A stretch of DNA of 64,000 nucleotides, taken from positions 294,252,001 to 294,316,000 of the forward strand of contig OZ024743.1 in NCBI GenBank assembly GCA_964016885.1, written 5' to 3'. This stretch comes from Eledone cirrhosa (Eukaryota). Positions 53,421-64,000 of the stretch are shown here, piece by piece; within the stretch, counting starts at the first letter, position 1; each line of letters begins with the position of its first letter. The notes beneath the pieces were generated by a model, which saw only the letters and a program-made list of their open reading frames with translations, had not been told where the DNA came from and ran no database searches. Both the position numbers and the translations under genes were made by a program.

Positions 53421-53847
53421 TAATTGTTTCAATATTTGGCACAAGGTCAGCAATTTGATGGGAATGAGAAAGTCGATTAAATCGACTCATGTTCGTTACT
53501 GGTACTTTATCATATCGACCCCATATGAGCTAACCTCGGCAGGATTTGAACACAGAATGTAAAGGGAGGCAATTATATGCCTTAAAGCGTGTTTTCCGAC
53601 GCTCTGCCGATATACCAATCCACTTCTCTGCCAACAAGAATAATTGTTTCTTCTTTTGTCCCAAGGCCTGTGATTTGAAGGGCCTGGGGAAAGTCGATTA
53701 AACCAACCCCAGAAAAGATAAAGGTACTTTATTTTATCGACACTGTAATGATGAAAGGCAAAGCTAAATTTGGCGGGATTTAAAATCAGAATGTAAAGGG
53801 ACGTAAATATATGCAAGTTCCCTCTACCTATTCGGTCAAACTACCGC
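53421..53847 (-). mobile_element. Two tandem SINE family 1 copies
   Basis: 53421-53625 and 53641-53847 each carry a reversed B-box (GGATTTGAAC / GGATTTAAA) and a GTACTTTAT core. Confidence 0.7.
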
Positions 53848-54328
53848 TCAGAAAACAATACTAGTAATGGTTTCTATTTTAGTTGAAAAATTGAAGGCTA
53901 AAAGTAAAGATTCAAGGATAATATACAAATAAGTGGCATTTAAAGATGCTGGAATGTTGTTATATAAGAGAAGGGAGCTTCTAACTAAACGGAGTTGGTT
54001 GTTCTTGTTTATTCTGAGAAAAAACTGAAGCATAGAGAGCAATTAGAGAGTGAAACAGGAAAGACTGAAAGTTGCGGAGAATAATTCGTTGCGGAGGAAA
54101 GGAGGGCGAGATATGGTAGAAAATGTAGGAATATATATATATATATATATAATAATGATACTATTTATAGTTATGTATATACTATGAACAACTATAAACA
54201 GGAAAGGTCAGTAATTTCTTACTACCTTAGTACCAGTAAGAGAAATAGCTCAATGTACGAACATCAGGTGTTTTACAGAGCAGGAATATAAATTACACAA
54301 TTATCAAAGTTATGTTTAAATCATTTAA

Positions 54329-54377
54329 TTGCTGACAATCGTTTCTTCCAAACTTTCGTTTGGAATCATCGGAGCAT
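54329..54377 (-). ncRNA. Type I hammerhead, family F, U4C core
   Basis: Minus strand: TGCT CCGATGA TTCCAAAC-gaaa-GTTTGGAA GAAA CGATTG TC AGCA. Confidence 0.75.
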
Positions 54378-55384
54378 TATCAATGTTTGTACATATAATT
54401 AACCACCTATTCAAATGTTTCGTATTTACAGGGTGTAATGGATGCGACATATATTATACGAGAATTGTACAAAAATTAAAATTAAAATTAAAAGCACAGA
54501 GTGGAATATATGCGACAGATAATACAAGAGAATAGTCTAATAGTTAAAGAGGCATTGAGAAAGATTGAGGACATTAGCAGTACATATGCAAGCGTGTAGA
54601 AAGTGCACATGCGTTAATCATATATATATGAGAAGGAAACAAGCAAAGGTATTAGGCATATATAGATAAATAAATAAATACTCTATGGCAAACAAATGTG
54701 TTAATGTATTAGAAATTTATGGCGGATGTAATGTGATGATAGTGTTCAAATTTGTGTGTGTTGAGAAAATCAAAGTTATTGTAGTCTTTTCCATTACATA
54801 TGTTAAATTATATTTTAGTCAATGTTTATATTTAAGTTAGTTACAGCAATTGATTGTAAATTGGTCTTATTGTATTCTTATTCATGGATTAGAGTTGTTC
54901 AACAGGTAGTTTTTCCAACGGTTTAATTTCCGAAAATTAAACCGTTTTATTATAATAAATGTTCGGTAAACCCATACGTACATATATATATGTGTGCATG
55001 TATGTATATACATACTACTGTACGTCTATATACATATATGTATGTACGTATACATACTTACATTTAAGTATCAGCCGTACTAAGAGTGAGATATGAAATT
55101 TCAAAGTAACTACATTAAAAAGATGACAAATTGAAAACATGAGAGGGACAATTCTTTTAAAAAAGAGTTTTATAAAAAAGAGTTTCGATGTATTATTAAA
55201 ATTCATCTTATCAATTGTTCAGTATTATAATTAAAAAGAATTAATAAAAATTAAAAACTAAAAATTAAAGATTTAAAATTAAGTGTTGGAGTAAGATATT
55301 TTCCATCTTCCTTGCTCAGAAGGGGACTGGAGAATATATATATATATAATGAGAAAATTATAAAAATTAACTTACTAAAATTTC

Positions 55385-55468
55385 ACTCCAACTAATAAGT
55401 TTCTGAAAGGGAATAAACATGTTTTCCGAATGGAACACATGGAGAAGGCCTTTCGTCATCAGGGAAGT
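55385..55468 (-). ncRNA. Type I hammerhead, family H, extended stem II
   Basis: Minus strand: ACTTCC CTGATGA CGAAAGG...(CATGTGTTCC/GGAAAACATG)...CCTTTCA GAAA CT-tatt-AG TT GGAGT. Confidence 0.7.
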
Positions 55469-55743
55469 CTATTCTCAGCTAAGTTCCCAGGCAATGCGTG
55501 GACACAGGGAACTTATACAAAAATAATTCAGTGGATGGAAAAAAGCAAGCGTGGACTAAGTTCCAAGACATTGAAATAATCACTGTCTACTTGGTCGGTG
55601 GCAAATTCAAAAGAATCAATCACGTGACATCGAGGTTAATCAGAGAGGAGTGGAGTGTTAAGAAGACAGTAGCCGAACTATTACGATGAATTATAGTCGC
55701 AGTTTTGGCAAATTTTTGCTCAACGAAATAATTTGGAGATAAT

Positions 55744-55796
55744 TATAAAGAATTAGTATATCTACCAACTGTTGGTAGATATACTAATTCTTTATA
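55744..55796. repeat. Perfect palindrome, 26 bp arms, 1 nt spacer
   Basis: TATAAAGAATTAGTATATCTACCAAC-t-GTTGGTAGATATACTAATTCTTTATA. Confidence 0.95.
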
Positions 55797-55804
55797 TATA
55801 TATA

Positions 55805-56795
55805 TATAAATAAAGTTAGTCCTTCATCAGTGATCTTCCAACCATCATTGGTATTTCATCGCTTTAAAGACCATATACCTCCAGTATATATTTTAGCAAC
55901 GGTATATATTTTAGCAACGGCTAAAAAAATTCGTTGGGACACGTAAATAAAGGGGACACGAATGTAAACAAACAAAAATGGTGAAGCAATGAAAAGTGAG
56001 GAAGAAGGAGTCAAGTCCCAGATTTCTATGAATTTAAATTCGGTGAAATCGTGAACGAGAGAGAATAAAGACCATCAAACCTGGTTGAAATGTGAGCAAG
56101 GAAGGAATTTCGCACAGGTCTAACGGGAGGAAGAAGGGGTCTAGTCTGTGAATTCGGTAAACATAAGTTCTGTGAAGAGAAAAAATGCCGACCGTCAATT
56201 TCGTTCTTACTGCTTCCCCTTTCTCTGTATCTTTACCCTCTCTAGCAGTCACTCTCTCTGTTAGCCTCTTCCTCACCCTTCACTCACTCATTCTCTGTTA
56301 CTACCTCTCCTCCTCCTACTTCTTCCCGTTTGACCTGTGCGTAATTATTTTCTTTCGCACGCTTGGCCAGGCCGGTCGGCATTTTCTCTCTCTCTCGTCT
56401 ACGATTTCACAGAACTTATGTTTACCGAATTCACAGACTAGACCCCTTCTTCCTCCCGTTAGACCTGTACGGAATTCCTTCCTTGCTTACATTCCAACCA
56501 GGTTTGATGGTCTTTATTCTCTCTCGTTCACGATTTCACCGAATTTAAATTCATAGAAATTTGGGACTTGACTCCTTCTTCCTCACTTTTCGTTGCATCA
56601 CCATTTTTGGTTGTTTACACTCGTGTCCCCTTTATTTACGTGTCCCAACGACATTTTTTAGCCGTTGCTCGCACCAACCGGAGGTATATGGTCTTTAAAG
56701 CGATGAAATACCAATGATGGATGGAAGATCACTGATGAAGGACTAACTTTATTCATATGTAACCCATTAGCAACCCCGCAGCACGTTTATTCTTA
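55805..56795. mobile_element. Family D inverted pair with tail
   Basis: 55809-56176 inverts ~56406-56753; tail runs to 56795; in (TA)n. Confidence 0.85.
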
Positions 56796-57097
56796 TATAT
56801 ATATATATATATATATATAGTGAAAAATTGAACAGGAACAAAACAGAGAGGCAGTACGAACAAAGGTTTATTAATTTCACGCTCTTGAGAGTGGGGTGGT
56901 GGTATGTATATGATATGCCTGGTGGTGACTGATCTGTCCAGTTCGTTTGTCTATCCAGCATATCAGAAAAGATATACATTTTCTATGTATTTTGTCTGAG
57001 GAGTACATATTTTGCTTTATGCTATACATAAAACTTTGCAGCTTCTAATCATATTTAATGAAATAAATAGAGTTGATATAAAGTATATATCTTTCGT

Positions 57098-57680
57098 TTG
57101 GCAGTATCGGTAGAGGGTCGGACGCCATGCTTTGAGGCATAGAGTTATGGCCCTTGCCATTCTGAGTTCAAATCCCACCGAGGTTAACTTTGCCTTTCAT
57201 CCTTACGGGGTCGATAACATAAAGTACCAGTAATGCACTGGATAATTGCTGGCCTTGTGTCAAAAGTAGAAACAATTATTATATATATATAATTGTTTCT
57301 ACTTTAGGCACAAGGCCAGCAATTACTCAGTGCATTACTGGTACTTTATTTTATCGACCCTGTATTATATTATTATATTATTATATATATATAATATATA
57401 TTATATATATATATAATATATATATATATACATAATTGTTTCTACTTTTGGCACAAGGCAATTTATCGACACCGTAAGGATGAATGGCAAAGTTAACCTC
57501 GGCGGGATTTGAACTCAGAATGGCAAGGGCCGTAACTCTATGCGTCAAAGCATGGCGTCCGACCCTCTACCGATACTGCCAATCCACATACATAATAATA
57601 TATATTACGGGGTCGATAAAATAAAGTACCAGTAATGTACCGGGTATTTGCTGGCCTTGTGCTAGAAGTAGAAACAATTA
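57098..57680. mobile_element. Cluster of four SINE family 1 pieces in +,-,-,+ orientation
   Basis: +57098-57283, -57290-57362, -57432-57586, +57605-57680. Confidence 0.85.
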
Positions 57681-57704
57681 AATATATATATATATATTTA
57701 TTAA

Positions 57705-57880
57705 TTAAAATAACAGATTCAGAAGATCCCGTTAAGGGTGAAAGCAGCGATTCTTTGCTTAAACTTTAATCTGTTATTTTAATAAATATTTGCTCCACGG
57801 TTCTTATATATTTGATATATATTTATCCTTATTGAGCCCTCTTTGGATTTTCGTCTTCAAATTTATTATTATTACTATAT
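57705..57880 (+). mobile_element. Family B element with U4A hammerhead-like core and 16 bp inverted 5' piece
   Basis: ATTAAAATAACAGATT pairs with AATCTGTTATTTTAAT; CAGAAGA at 57720-57726. Confidence 0.75.
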
Positions 57881-57973
57881 ATACATAACCCAATCGATAT
57901 GCAAATTGGGCTACTCAGCCGTTAATATGCATAATGTAAGTATTTACGTTCAACAATCTGACAGAAAGGTATA

Positions 57974-58014
57974 CGTTCCTGACGATAGCTAATAAGCTTG
58001 AAACTAGTACAGTG
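57974..58014 (+). ncRNA. Minimal type I hammerhead, family G unit 1
   Basis: CGTTC CTGACGA TAGCT-aata-AGCTT GAAA CTAG TA CAGTG; the core-proximal stem I pair is mismatched. Confidence 0.7.
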
Positions 58015-58404
58015 TTCCTTTGTCAGTGTTGAACAAACGAGCAACGATGGTTGCTAGACACTACGGCTTAATACGGGATGTTTGTTTACAAACACACCGA
58101 GCATTATAATAAATGTTCGGTGAATCCATACGTACATATATATATATATATGTGTGCATGTATGTATATATATATATATACATACTACTGTACGTCTATA
58201 TATATATATATGTATGTACGTGTATATACTTATATTTAAGTAACAGCCGTACTAAGAGTGGGGAATGAAATTTTGTTTCATTTTTCCGTTTATCGTCTTC
58301 GGTGCACCCGGCTGATTAACCCACTCGATATGCAAATTGGGCTACTCAGCCGTTAATATGCATATGGTAAGTATATACGTTCAACAATCTGGCAGGAAGA
58401 TATA

Positions 58405-58445
58405 CGTTGCTGACGATAGCTAATAAGCTTGAAACTAGTACAGCG
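58405..58445 (+). ncRNA. Minimal type I hammerhead, family G unit 2
   Basis: CGTTG CTGACGA TAGCT-aata-AGCTT GAAA CTAG TA CAGCG; palindrome ACTAGT. Confidence 0.85.
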
Positions 58446-58631
58446 TTCCTTTGTCAGTGTCGAACAAACGAGCAACGATGGTTGCTGGACACTACGGTTG
58501 TTTACAAACACACCGAGCATTATAATAAATGTTTGGTGAATCCATACGTACATATATATATATGTGTGCATGTATGTATAAATATATACATACTACTGTA
58601 AAAATTTATTTATAAAACTTCTTACATATTG

Positions 58632-58697
58632 TATTTTGTCTGAAGAGGGCATACCATATTTTTAATATGATATCCCTGAAATATATATAATGAAATA
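58632..58697 (+). ncRNA. Type I hammerhead, family A
   Basis: TATTTTGT CTGAAGA GGGCATACCATATT-ttt-AATATGATATCCCT GAAA TATATA TA ATGAAATA. Confidence 0.8.
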
Positions 58698-58746
58698 AAT
58701 ATGGTTTTATAAACATAGTTTCCATTTGTTTAATATCGTAATTATC

Positions 58747-58809
<63 letters not shown>

Positions 58810-58998
58810 TATATGTCATGTCTGTGTGGGTGTGTGTATATATATATATATATATATCTAAAGAATGAAACAGTTCTAGTCCTGTAGAATGTAATCTATA
58901 TTAAAACTGTTATACTCTGCTATGTATTGAGTACCTTACGTACTGTGGTTACCTCCGATTCAACCCGGAATAACGTATATATATATATATATACATAC

Positions 58999-59045
<47 letters not shown>

Positions 59046-59054
59046 CATATATAT

Positions 59055-60355
59055 ATACCCTCACACCCACACATCCACTCCCACTACCCCACAAGTAATA
59101 CCACTAACACCCCCCGACCCTACGCACACGAACACACACACCCAATTATACCACCCACTCTACCCACCCTACCACCACTGACCCCCACTAACACCCGCAT
59201 TCAACCCTTTCCCCACCACCAGTATACTAACACCCACTAACACCCCCTTCACCACACACACACTTATCCAAACACGCACGCACATACCAGTACACTACAC
59301 TCCCTCCACAGGCCCCACACCTTTCTCTCCCTCTCCCCCTCCCCGCTCCACGCACACCCCTTCTCTCACACACACACACACATCCCACTAACACCGCTAC
59401 TAATACACACCACCTCCCAACTCCACATTTCACCCCCCGCCCACCGCACCTCCGCACACACTGACACACCGACTTTCTCCACCTGCCATTCTCCCCGACT
59501 GCTGCTATGCCCTGAATCTCTGACCATCTCTCCGCACACACAGACACAAAACCCTCCTCCTGCCTTGACCCTCTGACCACTTCCTGTTGTGCGCGCACCC
59601 CACATCTCCCCTCTTCCGACCAACCCAACCACGGATTACACACATTGGACATCGCTCCCACGAATCAACTCCATCACAAGGAAATTACCCGGCATCCCAC
59701 CACATCCTCTACGCAACTACCTTAGGAACTTACCCACGGACATACACTCAAAAACATTTTTTTTCCCACACGCCACCTACATTCACAATACGTATAAACA
59801 CCACACACACGTGCCTACCACCACATATCTACACACTCAGCCTCTGGAATCCTCTCCTCCCCTCCATCACCCATGTGACCCCTCCCCATCCACACACGCA
59901 CACACACACCGGCCTACACCCCCACCCACACACACCTTTTCCTGAACATGCAACCCCGTTCTTCCCCCAACTCTCACATTCACATACACACACACACACG
60001 CGTACACCTACACACACACACCACCTTCAGCCCTCCCCGCTCGGACACCCGCCTCCCTCTTCTCACTCCACCCGCCACCACCCCTTCCACCACTTGTTTA
60101 ACTTCATGTTTATTTTTATTTTTATTATGCTTTTATATTTATTTCATTTGTACCGTTTCCTCTCACCCCCTTTTTTCTAAATGCCTCTCCCCCACTCTCC
60201 TACACACCCTTGGAACTCTCTTCCCACACACTTTTCGCCTGAAGAAGGGCTTATGCCCGAAACGTCGTTCCCCACCACCACCCCACTCTCAAGATCGTGA
60301 AACTAATAAACTTTTGTTACTGCCTCTCTGTTTTGTTCCCGTTCAATTTTTCACT
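59055..60355 (+). mobile_element. C/A-rich degenerate PLE-type 3' remnant ending in a minimal hammerhead (60236-60269)
   Basis: GC CTGAAGA AGGGC-ttat-GCCC GAAA CG TC GT, with AATAAA downstream, then (TA)n. Stem I is weak. Confidence 0.55.
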
Positions 60356-60476
60356 ATATATATATATATATATATAGTGAAAAATATATATATGCGTCAT
60401 TTGCCCTATGAAGTAACACCGGATGTTGTTATAAATAGAGATCACTTCATACATCGGTGAAAAAACTTGTGTATAG

Positions 60477-60570
<94 letters not shown>

Positions 60571-61599
60571 ATATATATATATATATATCACGATAACATG
60601 AAACATAACAGGAAAAAACACCTTTAAGTTGTTTCCGGAAACAAAGAAACTAGAAAAAAGCATTAATTGAGGTCTTATCACCGCAACCACCATGAATCCA
60701 TTTTAAAACTCGAATATATTCAACCTGTAACCCCCTCTCCCACAGACACTCAATAAGACACCACGGAATTTTTGATTATGTCAAATGGTCTTGTACCTAT
60801 TGACCTTTATTGATTCAATATAACGACCTATCATTCAGTCCACATAATCAAACACTCCTAAGCTAACATCTGTTTATTCAGATTTTCTTTTTCTCCCTTC
60901 GTTTCTTTCTCAGCAGACAATAAATATGAAACCCTCTCTCACGGTCACTCTCTCTCTCTCTCTTTATCATTCTCTCCTTGCAGTAGTTCATACATATGTA
61001 TGTGTGCATATAATCTTCTCCTTTTATAATATTCTGCGGTTGCGCATGTATGTGAGAGTGCGTGTGTACATGGTAGTGCATGTATGCGTGTATATGGAAC
61101 GTTTTAAGATGAGGGACAAATATTGTTTGTTCGATGTAGTGTCAGCTTCTTTCATAAATGTTTTATCATTATCATTCATATTGCGTAAAAACCATGAATC
61201 GATTCTATGACCCAAGGAACTAGCCTTAACCAATTACCAAGGCGCCTCTGGTAGTCTCTCATCAGGTCAATTTCATAGCCACCTTCCTTAGGATCATTTC
61301 AGGTCCGAGTACGGTTTTCTGTAGTAGATCTAAGCTTTTCAAGTATGAGGTTCGATGTAGTCTAATCAAGCGCGGTGGATTGTGAGAATTGTTGAAGTGT
61401 AGGACAAAGTATTCGGCTATATTTAACCCTGGCAATTTAGTTCAATTCTACCGGAGCTCAATTTTGCTTTTCATTATTTCGGTATAAATACCAGTGTACT
61501 ACTGGGGTCTACATATGCTATCAGGAAGGCATCTGGTGTTCTCCTCTCCTCAGAACGTGCATCATCACAAGGTGGACAATACATTGCTGATATAAATTC

Positions 61600-62060
61600 G
61601 GTCACAACAGCGATTACTAATCTCCCAGACGCTGAGGTTACAATAGTTCAAATGTAGCAAGGCCGTAGGGGAGTATGTTAGCCTTAAATAGAGAAGGTAT
61701 TCTCTGGCTGACCCATGTTTGTCAGGTGGGCAGGAGCGTTGGAAAGACACCTATGCAATGGTAATCGCAAATCTCAATTTTGAAAAAGGTAGACTAGAGA
61801 GATTGCTCCAAATATAGAGGGATCTCATTGTTAAACCTGCTCGGTAAAGACTATGCTAAGTGCCTAGTAAACAGATGTACCGAAATTGTCAAGCCCTGAC
61901 AGCTTCTTGTTGCCCTGATGTCTCCAAGCAAATGCCCTAATATTTGTGTTCAGATAAATGGTGCTAGATTTATTCTACGTGAGAGTCGGACTCCACCAAG
62001 GGTGCTTATTAACACTTCCCCTGTTCATAATATTCATGAACTAGATTGACATGCGCAGCC
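61600..62060 (+). mobile_element. RTE-like LINE reverse transcriptase remnant
   Basis: ILKKVD*RDCSKYRGISLLNLLGKDYAKCLVNRCTEIVKP and VRVGLHQGCLLTLPLFIIFMN. Confidence 0.8.
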
Positions 62061-62092
62061 GAGCTGGAAGTGGTATCAACCACTGCTATATA

Positions 62093-62151
<59 letters not shown>

Positions 62152-62879
62152 GTGTGTGCGTGCAGATAATATTTTTTATTCTTTACAAAGAAATAAAGAA
62201 TTAATGTGTACAGCGAGTTGTACTCTACTTGATTACTTGTAGAACTTGCATAATATTCTGAGATTAATTCCTGTCTATTCAATCATTTGATTGCGAATAT
62301 ATATATTCATCCGTATGCTTGTATATACATATAAACTATACATAAATACAAAGATACATACGTATATACATCCACACTGTGTAAACGCATAGTTGACATC
62401 AACATCATAATACTCTATCGCTAGAAATAGTAACTAAATATTCTTTAAATCCCATTCAAATAACTTATATGAGGGTTAATTAGTTTGGGTAATGTAATTC
62501 TATATTTCTTTAAAAGGCCATGGCGTCGATGGAAGAAATAATTTTCATAAGAAGTTTCCTCGATTAGATCTGACCATGCGCTAAATAAAAATTAGTTTCA
62601 TCGTTATCATTATCATCATCACCATCATCGTCATCATCAACAACATTACCCTCCTCCTCGTCCTCATAATCATAATCGTTTTCGCCATCGTCAAAATCAT
62701 TATCATCGTTAAGGGGATTTTTAAGTGATCGTTGACCACGCTAGAAATAACAGTCAATTATTTCTCAGCACATACCGTATCTGAAAAAATAGACATGTTG
62801 AAGAATGTGATTTTGGGTCAATGAGTACACCTGGATTGCCTTTGACAATAAACGTGCCAGATCAGTGCTAACATAGGGG

Positions 62880-64000
62880 CTTAACATCATCTTCATCATC
62901 ATCATTAACATCATGAGACGTGGTCCCTGTGATCATCATCAACATCATCGCCCTCTTGATCATTTTCTACATCCCCACCATCAATATAATAACCATCACG
63001 ACCACTACCACCACCTCCACAACCACTGTACGCCACCACAACCAACGACACCACTACAACCACCACCAGTAATAAAACCCCCGCCCTCACACAGCTTCAA
63101 AAATTGTAATCATCACTGAAAATAGCAATGAAGCCACTACTATCATTACAAACACTACCACCCCCTCACTACAACCAACACCAAAACTATCACACACACC
63201 ACCACCACTGCCAATACTATCATTACAATTAATTCCACAACCACCCCAACAACAATCACACCACATCAAACACCAGCACAAGTATCACCAACACCAGCAC
63301 TACTGCAATCACCACAACCAATATGTATATGTTGTTACCAATACCACCACTACAAATATAACCACGACTACTGGCTCAACAATATTTGCATCACCACAAC
63401 TACCGTCTCCATTAATACCAGAACCACAATCACCACCAATACTACCACTACAACTACAATCATCACCAATACCACCACTACAAATACTACCACATCTACC
63501 GGCTCAACAATATTTCCATCACCACAACTACCGTCTCCATTAATACCAGAACCACAATCACCACCAATACTACCACTACAACTACAATCATCACCAATAC
63601 CACCACTACAAATACTACCACATCTACCGGCTCAACAATATTTCCATCGTAAATAACATTCCCATCACTACAACTACCATCTCCATTAACACCAGCATCC
63701 AAATCACCAACAATACCACCACTACAACTACAACCACAACTGTCACCAATACCACCAATACAAGTACTACTACAACCAGCACAAAAATAAATACCAACAC
63801 CGCTAACACCACCAACAACATAAAAATCACAACCAGCACTAACAGCAGAATCAGCAGCAGAATCCCCACGGCCATCAATGACAACAACACCGCCACTATC
63901 ATCAACATCATTAACACCACCATCTCATCAACCTTCACAGACATAAACCTCATCACTATAACCACCACTACCATTACCACCAACAGCTCCACTGCTAACA
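62880..64000 (+). repeat. CAC/CAT/ACT-rich low-complexity region with a 128 bp tandem repeat (63368-63648)
   Basis: CTAC.GGCTCAACAATATTT.CATC starts at 63368, 63496 and 63624. Confidence 0.85.

Larger units (their letters stand above)
57887..58600 (+). mobile_element. Family G head-to-tail ~1.7-mer (retrozyme-like, period 431 bp)
   Basis: AACCCA.TCGATATGCAAATTGGGCTACTCAGCCG starts at 57887 and 58318; one HHR per unit. Confidence 0.85.

Noticed and set aside
62880-64000. Mucin-like Thr-rich coding sequence
   Set aside because: Frames are interrupted and the 128 bp repeat is not a multiple of 3; consistent with cryptic simple repeats.

Overview
AT-rich eukaryotic DNA with no convincing host gene. 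The (TA)n/(CA)n/(ATGT)n microsatellites and SINE families suggest a cephalopod (Octopus-like) genome; this is inference. The window is dominated by Penelope-like retroelements (PLEs): two near-complete Naiad-type copies (RT YRDD + CxCx5C linker + GIY-YIG), three more Naiad fragments and one decayed Neptune-type copy. At least nine families of short non-coding PLE-type elements are also present, mostly in (TA)n tracts. By eye I find about 25 complete or near-complete type I hammerhead ribozyme (HHR) motifs. Several families keep non-canonical cores across copies (U3-A8 covariant, U4A, U4C, and one highly deviant HHR-like fold). One head-to-tail dimer has predicted cleavage sites 431 nt apart (retrozyme-like). 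Most short elements share one architecture: a tail-bearing copy plus an inverted copy ending at a fixed boundary. Also present are tRNA-derived SINEs, an RTE-derived bipartite element and Dong/R4 3' ends in (ATGT)n, RTE LINE remnants and a Helitron-like remnant. Family letters A-J are my own labels. All folds were assigned manually; none was computed or tested.
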